Below are positions 11,700 to 21,237 of a stretch of DNA of 64,000 nucleotides, in pieces (positions within the stretch are counted from its first letter, which is position 1; each line of letters opens with the position of its first letter). The stretch is taken from assembly GCA_965197925.1 (NCBI GenBank), contig CBDAOC010000019.1:192001-256000 (forward strand), given 5' to 3'. A program made the position numbers and the translations under genes. A model generated the notes under the pieces. The model ran no database searches. It was not told where the DNA came from and saw nothing but the letters and a program-made list of their open reading frames with translations. Source of the stretch: Nitrososphaerales archaeon (lineage in GTDB: Archaea > Thermoproteota > Nitrososphaeria > Nitrososphaerales > UBA213).

Positions 11700-13388
11700 T
11701 TGATGAATTTATACAAAGAGATTGGGGTCTTGATGTTGATCATCTCACTTTTTGTACCAATACTACTTAGCACCCACTCATCTTATAGTTATCCCTCCTC
11801 AGTTAAGGGGATAGGCCTAAAGTGGTCCAACCTGCATCTTTCCATTTGCATAACCAACTCGGCTGATCCCAAGTATGAGAAATTGTTTATCAGGGCTATC
11901 GATGAATGGAAAATTATTTGGCCGCACTTTACTTATGAGATTCCAACCGTTCAAGCCTGTAATATAGATGTCTTAATCCTAAAAGATTATGCAGAATATC
12001 AGGAAGGAGGATTTCTGGGCAGCATGGACCCAAAATTTGTTTACAATGATGAACAAGGGTATTTGGAATTTTTGAGTGCAGAAATCATCATTCCAACCAA
12101 GAATAAGTTTAATTTGATGCAAGGTGATTTCTGTTGCCGACAAGTCTACATTGAAACTACCGAAAAACAATTCTATGTAACTGCAATGCATGAATTTGGT
12201 CATGCTCTTGGTTTAGGCCATAGTAGTGACAATGGAATTGGCTCTGTTGATTTGATGAACAGCGCAAACCTTGCCGGGGTTCTAGAAAACGAAGATGAAG
12301 AGAGGAAATACGTATTATCCTCTTTGACCATTAATAAACTGGACGAGATTTATGGTACCGCTACTCAAGCAAAAGATACACCGCTTGACATAAGATCATC
12401 GGTGACTCTTGATGTAGCTATTGATAAAGGGATCTATTACTTTGATGAGACAATGCAGGTAACAGGAAAAGTCTCAGATACAGATGAAGCTGGTTCGATT
12501 ATTCTACTTGAAGCCGTTGAAACTGATTATAATGCGACCAATATCCTCCAAGGACATACGATACACGAATTCAAGAGTTTCAAACCGGATCGAAATGGAA
12601 TTTTCAACTTAAGCCTTGATTTGAGAATAGATAACCCTGGAAAATGGTTGTTATTAATCCAGTTTATGGGAACCACAAAATTTCTATCTTTTGAAGTAAA
12701 AGAAATATTCCCTGCAATCCATGCTCAGACTGATAAAACAATCTATACTTTAGGAGAAGTTGTAAAAATAAATGGTAATGTAACAAGACATGGAAAAGAA
12801 GTTGATATATACCTGATTAATCCTGATGGTATCAACTTCAAATTTGTCAGGACTCCAATCTTGAAGAATAAGAACTTTGAAGCAGAGTATACTTTGCATG
12901 AATCAAGGCTTACTGTTGAAGGTGTATGGACAATTCGTTTAGCCTATGCTGATATTATTACTGAAATTACATTTAATCTTGAAACCAAAGTAGGTACAAA
13001 CGAATCCGAGGAAATTGAAACGGAACAGTTCGATGAAAGTTCATCTCCTGAGGCGTTATTAAATGTTAGAATTCAAGCTAAGCAGATAAAAGATGTAATC
13101 ATCATTCGTGTAAGAAATATGGCGGGTAGCACAGTAGATATTGAAAGTTTCAAGATACTATTTCCCGATTCCTCATTAAAGGCATTCAAAGGCCCAAGAG
13201 ATTGGACAAAAGAAAGTATATTTGATAACGGAGCACTATTTTCAGCCCCCGATAATCCTATTAATGGAGGAGATAAAGAATACTTTTTACTAAGGGTAGA
13301 AAATGTAAAACCAACAATTCTATGGGAAGTGTATGGTTCAGATAAAACTTCGTTAGTATTGGGTTCGGTTATCCCATTCATGAGGTAA
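11700..13388 (+). CDS. secreted matrixin/metzincin metalloprotease with C-terminal Ig-like domains
   Basis: Signal peptide; HEFGHALGLGH zinc motif; Met-turn (DLMN); two DKxIYxxGE-type beta-sandwich repeats. Confidence 0.85.
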   Translation: MMNLYKEIGVLMLIISLFVPILLSTHSSYSYPSSVKGIGLKWSNLHLSICITNSADPKYEKLFIRAIDEWKIIWPHFTYEIPTVQACNIDVLILKDYAEYQEGGFLGSMDPKFVYNDEQGYLEFLSAEIIIPTKNKFNLMQGDFCCRQVYIETTEKQFYVTAMHEFGHALGLGHSSDNGIGSVDLMNSANLAGVLENEDEERKYVLSSLTINKLDEIYGTATQAKDTPLDIRSSVTLDVAIDKGIYYFDETMQVTGKVSDTDEAGSIILLEAVETDYNATNILQGHTIHEFKSFKPDRNGIFNLSLDLRIDNPGKWLLLIQFMGTTKFLSFEVKEIFPAIHAQTDKTIYTLGEVVKINGNVTRHGKEVDIYLINPDGINFKFVRTPILKNKNFEAEYTLHESRLTVEGVWTIRLAYADIITEITFNLETKVGTNESEEIETEQFDESSSPEALLNVRIQAKQIKDVIIIRVRNMAGSTVDIESFKILFPDSSLKAFKGPRDWTKESIFDNGALFSAPDNPINGGDKEYFLLRVENVKPTILWEVYGSDKTSLVLGSVIPFMR

Positions 13389-14005
13389 TCTCTAACATGA
13401 AATAAGAAGATCCAGATTTAGCCCCTCCTCATATTCGCTTTTCCATACCGAATACTGCATAAAACCTAATTCAATCATAGGGTAAGTATAAATCTCCAAA
13501 AGATAGATAAACCTCGCTTCGCTCATTTTGAAAAAATAAACTTTTCGCTGAACATTTCAGTACGGTTAAATTCTCAAACAACTATTTCTCCGTAATTTAG
13601 AATTGCTTGTCCGCTGTATTGACATTCCTATTCCTATCCTAGATGGCTCGCAATATATTGAAGAAAATTTCTATATTGAGATATTCCATGGTGTATCATT
13701 AGTGGCAAATATCACAATAATATTCTGTTAATGAAATAAATCTTATTTGATATGATGAACCGTAACTTTCAATCTATACAGTCATAGACTGTACAAGAAA
13801 TGGAATTTAATCAACTCTTCCAAATAGAATATTCTTAGAATATTGTATATTTAATTCGCCTATTATTCACATATTCAAACCTGAGAGCTTACATCACTAT
13901 CATATTGAGGGAAACCAATTCACCCCGAATGACGTTGTCCTACTAAATTGTTCAGGCTTGTTCGCATAGAGGAAGGCATTAATTCACCTTTGCTATTGTA
14001 AAATA

Positions 14006-14980
14006 CTACAAAACTGCATTTGTTCTTATAGGCATTATTGGAAATGCGCCGCAGGTGTCACAGAATTTAGAATCTTTACTGACGTATCCTTTGCAGTCAG
14101 GACATCTATTGTCACCCTTCATAGTTTTCGGTGCGTCAAAGAACCTTCGATAGATCATATAATAATACAAATGTTCTCTGGTGCGTATCCTCACTGAATC
14201 CTCCGAAACAACAGATTTGACACTTTCTGAATAGGTTGTATCATTGATATTGATATTAAGTGATTTTGCAAATACGTCCAAACCTGCACCTTCTTCCAAT
14301 GGCATTTTTCTTCTCCAAGCAATATCTCTCGTTATGTCATCCTCAAAGCAAGTTCTTAGTATCCACTTGCCAAACTTTACACCTTCATTATCACCTATCT
14401 TAAGTCCGATAGGAATGTGTTTAGAGAATTCCAAAAGCTCCCTATCCAGATATGGTGTTCTCACGTTGACACCTAATGCCTTTCCTATAGTAATTGAAGA
14501 AAAATGCATCTTGTGCCATAGTTCTTTTAACATACTTTCAAGTGTCTCATCATCAAGTTTTAGCATATAATTATAACCAACAAATATTTCGTCTGCACCA
14601 TCTCCTGTCATGACAGAACTGAAGCCATTACTCTTCAGCTCCTTCAAGGAGGAGTAAATTACACTCGTGTTCCTGATCTCCATTGGATCAAAAGATTTTA
14701 TAATTTTAACCACATTTTCTATTGCATCATTCATATCTTCTATCGTAAGATGATTTATGAGATGCTTGAATTGATACTTCTCCGATACAATCTTAGCATA
14801 TAATAGATCGGGGGCATTTTTATTTACAGTAGTTATACCCGTTAAACCGGTGATTTTTACTGCTATGCTTGCTATTATGCTACTATCAACTCCTCCAGAT
14901 AATAAAATAGCGTTAGAGAGATTTCTTTGAATACTAGCTGAGAGTAAATCTCTTAGTTCAACATAATTCCTTTCAGGCAT
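14006..14980 (-). CDS. asparagine synthase-like ATP pyrophosphatase domain protein with C-terminal Zn ribbon
   Basis: LLSGGVDSS PP-loop, TGDGADEIF, RTPYLD, GKWILR, RRKMP; C-terminal CPDC...CDTCG. Confidence 0.85.
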   Translation of the reverse strand: MPERNYVELRDLLSASIQRNLSNAILLSGGVDSSIIASIAVKITGLTGITTVNKNAPDLLYAKIVSEKYQFKHLINHLTIEDMNDAIENVVKIIKSFDPMEIRNTSVIYSSLKELKSNGFSSVMTGDGADEIFVGYNYMLKLDDETLESMLKELWHKMHFSSITIGKALGVNVRTPYLDRELLEFSKHIPIGLKIGDNEGVKFGKWILRTCFEDDITRDIAWRRKMPLEEGAGLDVFAKSLNININDTTYSESVKSVVSEDSVRIRTREHLYYYMIYRRFFDAPKTMKGDNRCPDCKGYVSKDSKFCDTCGAFPIMPIRTNAVL

Positions 14981-15130
14981 GCCTTTAACAATCTAAAATT
15001 CTTTTATGTCATGGTATAAAATTGTTGAATTCTCTATTAAGCATAAATTAGTAAGATGGGTGTCTTTAATTCTAATCAATGCTAATAACGAATCAATTAA
15101 GCAGTAATAATTCCCCACACACATTTGTGC

Positions 15131-15679
15131 TCATGGACTAAAGAAGCGAGTAACAATGGTGTTCGAAGCGAATGTTATCAAGAGCAAGCTAATAGCTGAA
15201 CCCATCAATACAACAATCAAAACTTTTGAACCCACACCAAGCATTCTACCAATAACAGTTGTAGTAGATGAACCTGTTCCTTGAAATGGAATTATCATGA
15301 ACAATATCAAGCCCACCCACCAGAGCTTGCCAAACCATTTCTTATTTATGATCGTATTGCTCTTCCTCTCTACCCTAGTCATCACTCTTCCAAAAAATCT
15401 AATTTGTTTCAGCAATTCATAGTTCCAGTGTACAAACAACGCAGCCAAAAAATCCATCAAAAGGATACTAATTGCAAGAACAAATGGATCTATTTTAAAA
15501 GAAATTCCTAATGGTACTATAGATTCTTTTCCAAACGGTGGTATTATATACGTTGAGAGTAAAGACATAAGAAGTACAGCTGATTCATACTTCAGTGCAA
15601 TCAAACTGTACACATAAACTACACCCACAGTTGGTGGGATGAGTATCTTGAAATATTTAATTTTTGATCTATCCAACAT
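15131..15679 (-). CDS. putative small multi-drug export family membrane protein
   Basis: PPFGKESIVPLG and LFMIIPFQGTG motifs with TM helices. Confidence 0.7.
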   Translation of the reverse strand: MLDRSKIKYFKILIPPTVGVVYVYSLIALKYESAVLLMSLLSTYIIPPFGKESIVPLGISFKIDPFVLAISILLMDFLAALFVHWNYELLKQIRFFGRVMTRVERKSNTIINKKWFGKLWWVGLILFMIIPFQGTGSSTTTVIGRMLGVGSKVLIVVLMGSAISLLLITFASNTIVTRFFSP

Positions 15680-15880
15680 CCTTATTACATCCTCAATATT
15701 GATGCGTAGTCAATAAACCTTTACAATCACTTAATTTATTTTGTTGATGTCTTCTAAAGAATTTGGAACAAACATTATTTCTACAATATTGCCTAACTGT
15801 TATTCTCCTTGGAGGATAAGGATTTAATTTGGATAGGATTTGGATAAACCGATAAATACGAACAAAGTGAAATTTAGGTA

Positions 15881-16606
15881 GTGGAAATAAGTATTATTAT
15901 AGCCGCAGTAGTTGGTGTCGGCTCATTTTTCTCGCCATGTATGATACCAGTGTTACCTGCATTTATAGCCTACCTATCAGGAACCAGCGTTCGTGAAATG
16001 AGTTCGAGCAATGGGCTAACGCTCACTTCAACTAGACTAAACATCTTTTTGAATACTGTGTTTTTCGTGCTGGGATTCTCGCTGGTTTTCTCCTTATTGG
16101 GCGTTTTGTTAAACAGCGTATTCTCTATCTTTGCTGTTGATTTTGCATTGTGGCTTGCAAGAATAGGTGGGATTATGATAATTGCCTTCGGATTATACTT
16201 GTTTGCATCAGCAAAGCTCCACTTTTTAAATTTTGAGAAGAAGATCAAAATTTCTAAATTCAAACTAAGCTACCCCACATCCTTTGTGTTCGGGCTTGCA
16301 TTTGCAGCTGCATGGACACCTTGTGTTGGTCCTATACTAGGCAGTATATTTACACTAGCAGCTGCGTTGCCGGGGCAGGCATTCAATCTTTTATTGGTAT
16401 ATTCCTTAGGGTTAGGAATTCCATTCCTGCTAACGGGGTTATTCTTCTCAAGAACAACTGCAATCGTTAAAAATGTGAGTAAACATTTGAAGTTCTTCAA
16501 TGTAATTGTGGGTGCTGCATTGATCGCTTTAGGCATACTTGTATTCACTAACCAGTTAGCGGTGATAGGAAGCTTTCCAATTGTGAATGATATCATATTG
16601 AGGTGA
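15881..16606 (+). CDS. ccdA: CcdA/DsbD-family thiol-disulfide transporter
   Basis: SFFSPCMIP and WTPCVGPILG conserved Cys motifs, six TM helices. Confidence 0.92.
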   Translation: MEISIIIAAVVGVGSFFSPCMIPVLPAFIAYLSGTSVREMSSSNGLTLTSTRLNIFLNTVFFVLGFSLVFSLLGVLLNSVFSIFAVDFALWLARIGGIMIIAFGLYLFASAKLHFLNFEKKIKISKFKLSYPTSFVFGLAFAAAWTPCVGPILGSIFTLAAALPGQAFNLLLVYSLGLGIPFLLTGLFFSRTTAIVKNVSKHLKFFNVIVGAALIALGILVFTNQLAVIGSFPIVNDIILR

Positions 16607-17721
16607 TCAAAACGAGAACAGAGCTGAGGAGTGCAATTATAGTCTTTGCGGCAATAGGTGTAGCCATAGCGGGAATAAGTATTTACTTTAATTCTATTCA
16701 GACGGGTGACAGTGTTTCGTACCAGCCTGCAACAACAAACAATTCTGGCGTTATCACTATTGACAAGTCAAAGTTTCTCAAAGCACCAGAACTGGAGGGA
16801 ATAAGCGGGTATATCAATACCGAGCCCATTACTACGGAGGAGCTAAAAGGCAAGGTAGTGATCGTAGATTTCTGGACATATTCATGTATAAATTGCATCA
16901 GAACCATTCCATATCTTAATGGATGGTATGAAAAGTATTCAGATGACGGTCTTGTAATTTTAGGCGTGCATAGTCCTGAGTTCGAGTTTGAAAAGAACTA
17001 CGACAATGTAAAATCTGCTGTAGAAAAGTTTGAGATCCGATATCCGGTAGTGCAGGATAATGAAATGGCCATATGGAAAGCCTATAAGAATAATTTTTGG
17101 CCGCACAAGTACATTGTTGATCATGAGGGTTACATACGCTATGATCATATAGGTGAGGGAGCTTATGAAGAAACGGAATCTGTAATACAGGAATTGCTGA
17201 ATGAGAGGGCTGTAGCATCTAGTCTTGAAATTGACCTTGAGGAGGGTATGATTTCTCCTGAATCCACCGTTGACGTTGATTTCTCCAGAATACAAACGCG
17301 TGAGCTTTATCTTGGTTATGGGTTTGGTGTTCAGCTTGGCAATAAAGAGAGGCTTATCCCAAACGAAACAATGAATTTTTCACTTCCCAAGGATATTGTG
17401 ACAAACAAGGTTTACCTGCAAGGAGCTTGGAAGAGTAGTAGGGATTATATGGAATTGATGTCCGATACTGGCAAAGTTGTTTTGAATTATAACACAAAGG
17501 TAGTGAATATAGTTGCTGCAGGAAATTCTACACTCACCATTAAACTTGATAATTTATTGATAGATAATTCTAACATTGGTAAGGATGTCCATGAGGGGCA
17601 GGTTCATATATTGGAGGAAAGACTGTATAATTTAGTTTTCAGTGAAGAGTATGGCGCGCACATCATTGAGATAGATGTTGAGGGAGAGGGGTTTAGGCTC
17701 TACACGTATACTTTTGGTTAA
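16603..17721 (+). CDS. membrane-anchored DipZ-like thioredoxin with C-terminal beta domain
   Basis: VDFWTYSCINC, GVHSPEFEFEK, HIGEGAY, C-terminal YTYTFG; overlaps the ccdA stop. Confidence 0.88.
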   Translation: MIKTRTELRSAIIVFAAIGVAIAGISIYFNSIQTGDSVSYQPATTNNSGVITIDKSKFLKAPELEGISGYINTEPITTEELKGKVVIVDFWTYSCINCIRTIPYLNGWYEKYSDDGLVILGVHSPEFEFEKNYDNVKSAVEKFEIRYPVVQDNEMAIWKAYKNNFWPHKYIVDHEGYIRYDHIGEGAYEETESVIQELLNERAVASSLEIDLEEGMISPESTVDVDFSRIQTRELYLGYGFGVQLGNKERLIPNETMNFSLPKDIVTNKVYLQGAWKSSRDYMELMSDTGKVVLNYNTKVVNIVAAGNSTLTIKLDNLLIDNSNIGKDVHEGQVHILEERLYNLVFSEEYGAHIIEIDVEGEGFRLYTYTFG

Positions 17722-17753
17722 GGTTTTTATAATTAATAAACAGAATAAAAGTT

Positions 17754-17954
17754 ATGGAAAGGCCTTTAGTGAGAAGACGGGTAAGAGATATGCGTATGGT
17801 TAGGGAAGGAAGAGGATATTCTCTTCCGGAGCTTAGGGAAGTAGAACTTGATGGTTCAAAGGCTCTAAGAAGGGGTATTCCCTTTGATAAATTCAGAAAG
17901 ACAAAACATGAAGACAATATTAAGAAATTGAATTCCATTTTGACACACAATTAA
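17754..17954 (+). CDS. rpl13e: 50S ribosomal protein L13e
   Basis: REGRGYSLPEL, GIPFDKFRKTKHEDN. Confidence 0.85.
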   Translation: MERPLVRRRVRDMRMVREGRGYSLPELREVELDGSKALRRGIPFDKFRKTKHEDNIKKLNSILTHN

Positions 17955-18004
17955 GAAATTAGGTTAAAGAAAGTTTATATAAATTATAGCCAATAACGAT
18001 TAGA

Positions 18005-18409
18005 ATGTTATTACCCTCAGAGATCGAATCAAAGTCACTGATTCCTGCAATTCGAGTAATCATAGCAAAAAAACTCTCTCTAGAATTCTATCTTAAAGAG
18101 GATGATATTGCCAAGATGCTTGGTGTTACCCAGGCAGCAATAAGCAATTACGTACGAGGTACAAGAGGAGATATGGAACTCGTTACAAAATTAAATAGCA
18201 TCCCTGAAATAATGCGTATGGCGGATGATATAACAAAGGATTTGGCAGCGAACAAAGTGTACACCCCGTCTAGCATGGCGAAGTTTATAGCATTGTGTAA
18301 TTACATGCGACAGAGTTTGATTATTTGTGATGTACACCACACTCTTGAAGAAAATATTGATGAGGGTGTTTGTAAAAGCTGTGAAAGTAATCTTTTAAAG
18401 GGATATTGA
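18005..18409 (+). CDS. HTH transcriptional regulator with C-terminal Cys/His metal site
   Basis: LLPSEIE..LIPAIR; IAKMLGVTQAAISNY HTH; CDVHH...CKSC. Confidence 0.85.
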   Translation: MLLPSEIESKSLIPAIRVIIAKKLSLEFYLKEDDIAKMLGVTQAAISNYVRGTRGDMELVTKLNSIPEIMRMADDITKDLAANKVYTPSSMAKFIALCNYMRQSLIICDVHHTLEENIDEGVCKSCESNLLKGY

Positions 18410-18689
18410 ATTTAGCCGTAGGATGTTATTATTATCAAGACAGTATAATACCAGTTGATAATTTTCTTCGCTCATAATGTCGAATCTTGTTACTGCTTTT
18501 TGTAGCCTTGGTTTGATGGAAATAGATCAATGCTAGTGCGTTTGCATTAATACATGCTTAGGTTGCTCTTGTCTCTCTTCCTTGATGAGTCTATCTATGC
18601 TTCCCTGCTCAAGAATACCAAATGATATAAAGTCATCTTCTATCAAATATGCTATTCAAGGTGGGTGAAGAGATATAGTAAGTATAAGG

Positions 18690-19500
18690 ATGTGTTTGAA
18701 CGATACTATTGCAATTAATGCAAACATACATTCAGGACAAGACTGGAACAATATTCCATTATTCACACATTTCATTGTCTGAATAGTTTCTAGTAATCTA
18801 TCTGATCTACATACCATAGATGAGTATGTCGATAAGCGGTATAAGCTACCAGTTCAGCATACCATACAGAATATGCTACCAAATGATTAGGGGAGTAATG
18901 GAGAGACCTGCATCTGTAGAAGTAAAACTCAAGCTTGATGGCAGAGTAGAGATATGAATTATACGTAAAGGCTGGCACGAAGGGAGGGAAGTACCATGAC
19001 CTCATAATTAGAAATAGAATGCCCAGAGGAAGGGATATAAAGTAAAACCATGGAAGGACAGGGAATATTTTACAAGGATCATCCAATGGTTTTGAGTTAT
19101 CAAAGGAATTGTGAGACTGTATTCGATATGCCCATGCATTATGATTCCATTTCAAGCGTGGTTTGTAAGACTGTCAATTATGGTTCCAGGGTGGATACCG
19201 ATGAGTATGCTTCATGCAGTCCATTGAAGGAACATGGCTTCAAGCATGAATGTGTATCTCATTCTAGGAGAGAGTATACCAGAGCTGATGATATGTGTCA
19301 ACAACTGTAAGGACAGAACTAATCTGCAGAAGATGTGGTTATCTAAGTTCATGGGTGTTAACAAGTTAAACCTCTAAGGATACAAAAAGACATTCCAGTT
19401 CCTGCATAACAACAGGGCTATGAATATCTATGAGAAGTTTAAGAAAATATTATTAATAATGGTTATAGCAACAACATTCTACATTATGAGCGATTTTCTT
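18690..19500 (+). pseudogene. IS1595-family (ISXO2-like) transposase remnant
   Basis: Fragments YYCN*CKHTF..KTGTIFHYSH and VDTDEY...LKEHGFKHECVSHSRREY, typical of IS1595; many frameshifts; ends not resolved. Confidence 0.7.
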
Positions 19501-19816
19501 AATATTTAATTTTTATCAAAAGCGGGTATAAATATTCCAATGGAGGCATTTTCTGAACATATCTAGGATTTTTATGGTGTTTTAGAGAATTTGTTTGCTA
19601 TGCGAAAATGGCCCTGCTCAAAAAACTCATTATCTGATGCCTAGGGCAAATATTCACCCAGAAATTGTTTACGGTCATCATTGTCAGAATGTACATTTCA
19701 TTTCCAAATGAACCTTCCTATAGCACTTCAATAATCTCTAATTGTATTTCTATAAATAAATTTAGAATCCTATTTTCTAGAATTTCCCAATATTTTTTTT
19801 ACTAAATCTGCACAAG

Positions 19817-20221
19817 CTAATTTTCAAGCAACCAAGTAATCGGTATATCCTGATACTTTCCATTAGGTAAAATTCTTCGTAAGGAAATAGGTAACGCCTT
19901 CTGCATCAATTCGGCTTCTCCCATTAAGATTGAATCCACAACACCTTTTAAAGGAGCTATCAGTGATGGTGCTCCCAGAGAAAGCTGTAAAGCCCTTATT
20001 CCTATTATTCTTGCCTTTTCAAACCTTGTCAAGCGTGGAGGGCCTACTACAATTTTCTTACCCTCTTTGGGTCTTAATTCTCTGAGTTCCTCTACTATTT
20101 CATCCGCACTCACCTGTTCAGGCAATTTTTCTACTACTTTCTCTGTTTCATGGAGTTCTAGTGGTTCCATGACTTCTGCAACTTCTGTGACTATGACTGA
20201 TTTTTTCTTACCCTTAGCCAT
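19817..20221 (-). CDS. rpoK: DNA-directed RNA polymerase subunit K (Rpo6)
   Basis: LTRFEKARIIGIRALQLSLGAP, LPISLRRILPNG; ATG 20221 preferred. Confidence 0.93.
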   Translation of the reverse strand: MAKGKKKSVIVTEVAEVMEPLELHETEKVVEKLPEQVSADEIVEELRELRPKEGKKIVVGPPRLTRFEKARIIGIRALQLSLGAPSLIAPLKGVVDSILMGEAELMQKALPISLRRILPNGKYQDIPITWLLEN

Positions 20222-20384
20222 AGGGGTTTCAATTTTTGAGTCATTTCCCTCTACAACTTTTTTAGAAGAATTGCTTTTCACTGGCAAGAATATCAGGTGA
20301 AATAATTGTAATATAATTAAATGTTGCGAAAGAATATTCACGATTTTTCACATGCTTTAATAGGAACAATCCAATTTAACATTC

Positions 20385-20762
20385 ATGCCAGGATCGGTAT
20401 CTAGAACGAAGCTATTATTGGAATTAACGGGGAAGGGGGTTTGTGAATGCGAGCTTGTAAGACATTTGGCTCCTTTTACTGTTGGAACACTTTTGACTAG
20501 GCTACCACTAGAAGGTAGGAGTTTTTGGTTTGAGGATAAGTTTGTTTATTTTGAAACCGGTCTAGCTATTGGAACTGAAAAACAGCGATCCCACTTCAGG
20601 AAAGGTGATATGACATTCATGATAGCAAGTGGTTCTGTTTGCACTTTCCTTCAAGATACATCAGTAAATACAGTCATGAATCCAATTGGTAAATTACTCA
20701 CTAACATTGAACTGCTTACAAACTGTGTTCCTGGAGATGTACTTCAGTTAAGAAAACCCTAA
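20385..20762 (+). CDS. cyclophilin-like fold protein
   Basis: HLAPFTV..LPLEG, VYFET, F.KGD, MNPIGK. Confidence 0.7.
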   Translation: MPGSVSRTKLLLELTGKGVCECELVRHLAPFTVGTLLTRLPLEGRSFWFEDKFVYFETGLAIGTEKQRSHFRKGDMTFMIASGSVCTFLQDTSVNTVMNPIGKLLTNIELLTNCVPGDVLQLRKP

Positions 20763-21160
20763 TTTTGATCTTGAGGACTACCCTCACTCGCTACTTCCTG
20801 TTCTGGAGAATCATTCTTTATTTTTTCCTGTATCAAAGCGTATACTTTATGACCACTATATCCTCCAACATATTTGATATTACCCCCAGCTTCAAGAGAT
20901 TTTAAGAATGCATTTGCCACAGAAATTTTAACGCCAGTGTTCTTTGCCAACTCTTGTGGCGTTATAGCCTTCAAACCTGATATCGCTTTCATACCATCCC
21001 CCTCATTTAGCATTACTGATATCCTAGCTTTCTGTTGAAGACCCTTATCCCCTTTCTCTTTCTTATCCTTTTTCTCATCTTTCTTTACTTCTGCTGCCTG
21101 AGGGCCAGAATCTTTAGACTTTGAAGATGACCCTACATCTTTCTTCTTCGCTCCTACCAT
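20759..21160 (-). CDS. rps25e: 30S ribosomal protein S25e
   Basis: Lys-rich N-terminus, then KAITPQELAKNTGVKISVANAFLKSLE...GHKVY; ATG 21160. Confidence 0.8.
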   Translation of the reverse strand: MVGAKKKDVGSSSKSKDSGPQAAEVKKDEKKDKKEKGDKGLQQKARISVMLNEGDGMKAISGLKAITPQELAKNTGVKISVANAFLKSLEAGGNIKYVGGYSGHKVYALIQEKIKNDSPEQEVASEGSPQDQN

Positions 21161-21237
21161 AGCACGAGTCATGTGTGACCGACTTATTAATCTACCATAG
21201 ATCCATCCTTTTATTTTGGAATACTCTTGATCCTTGT

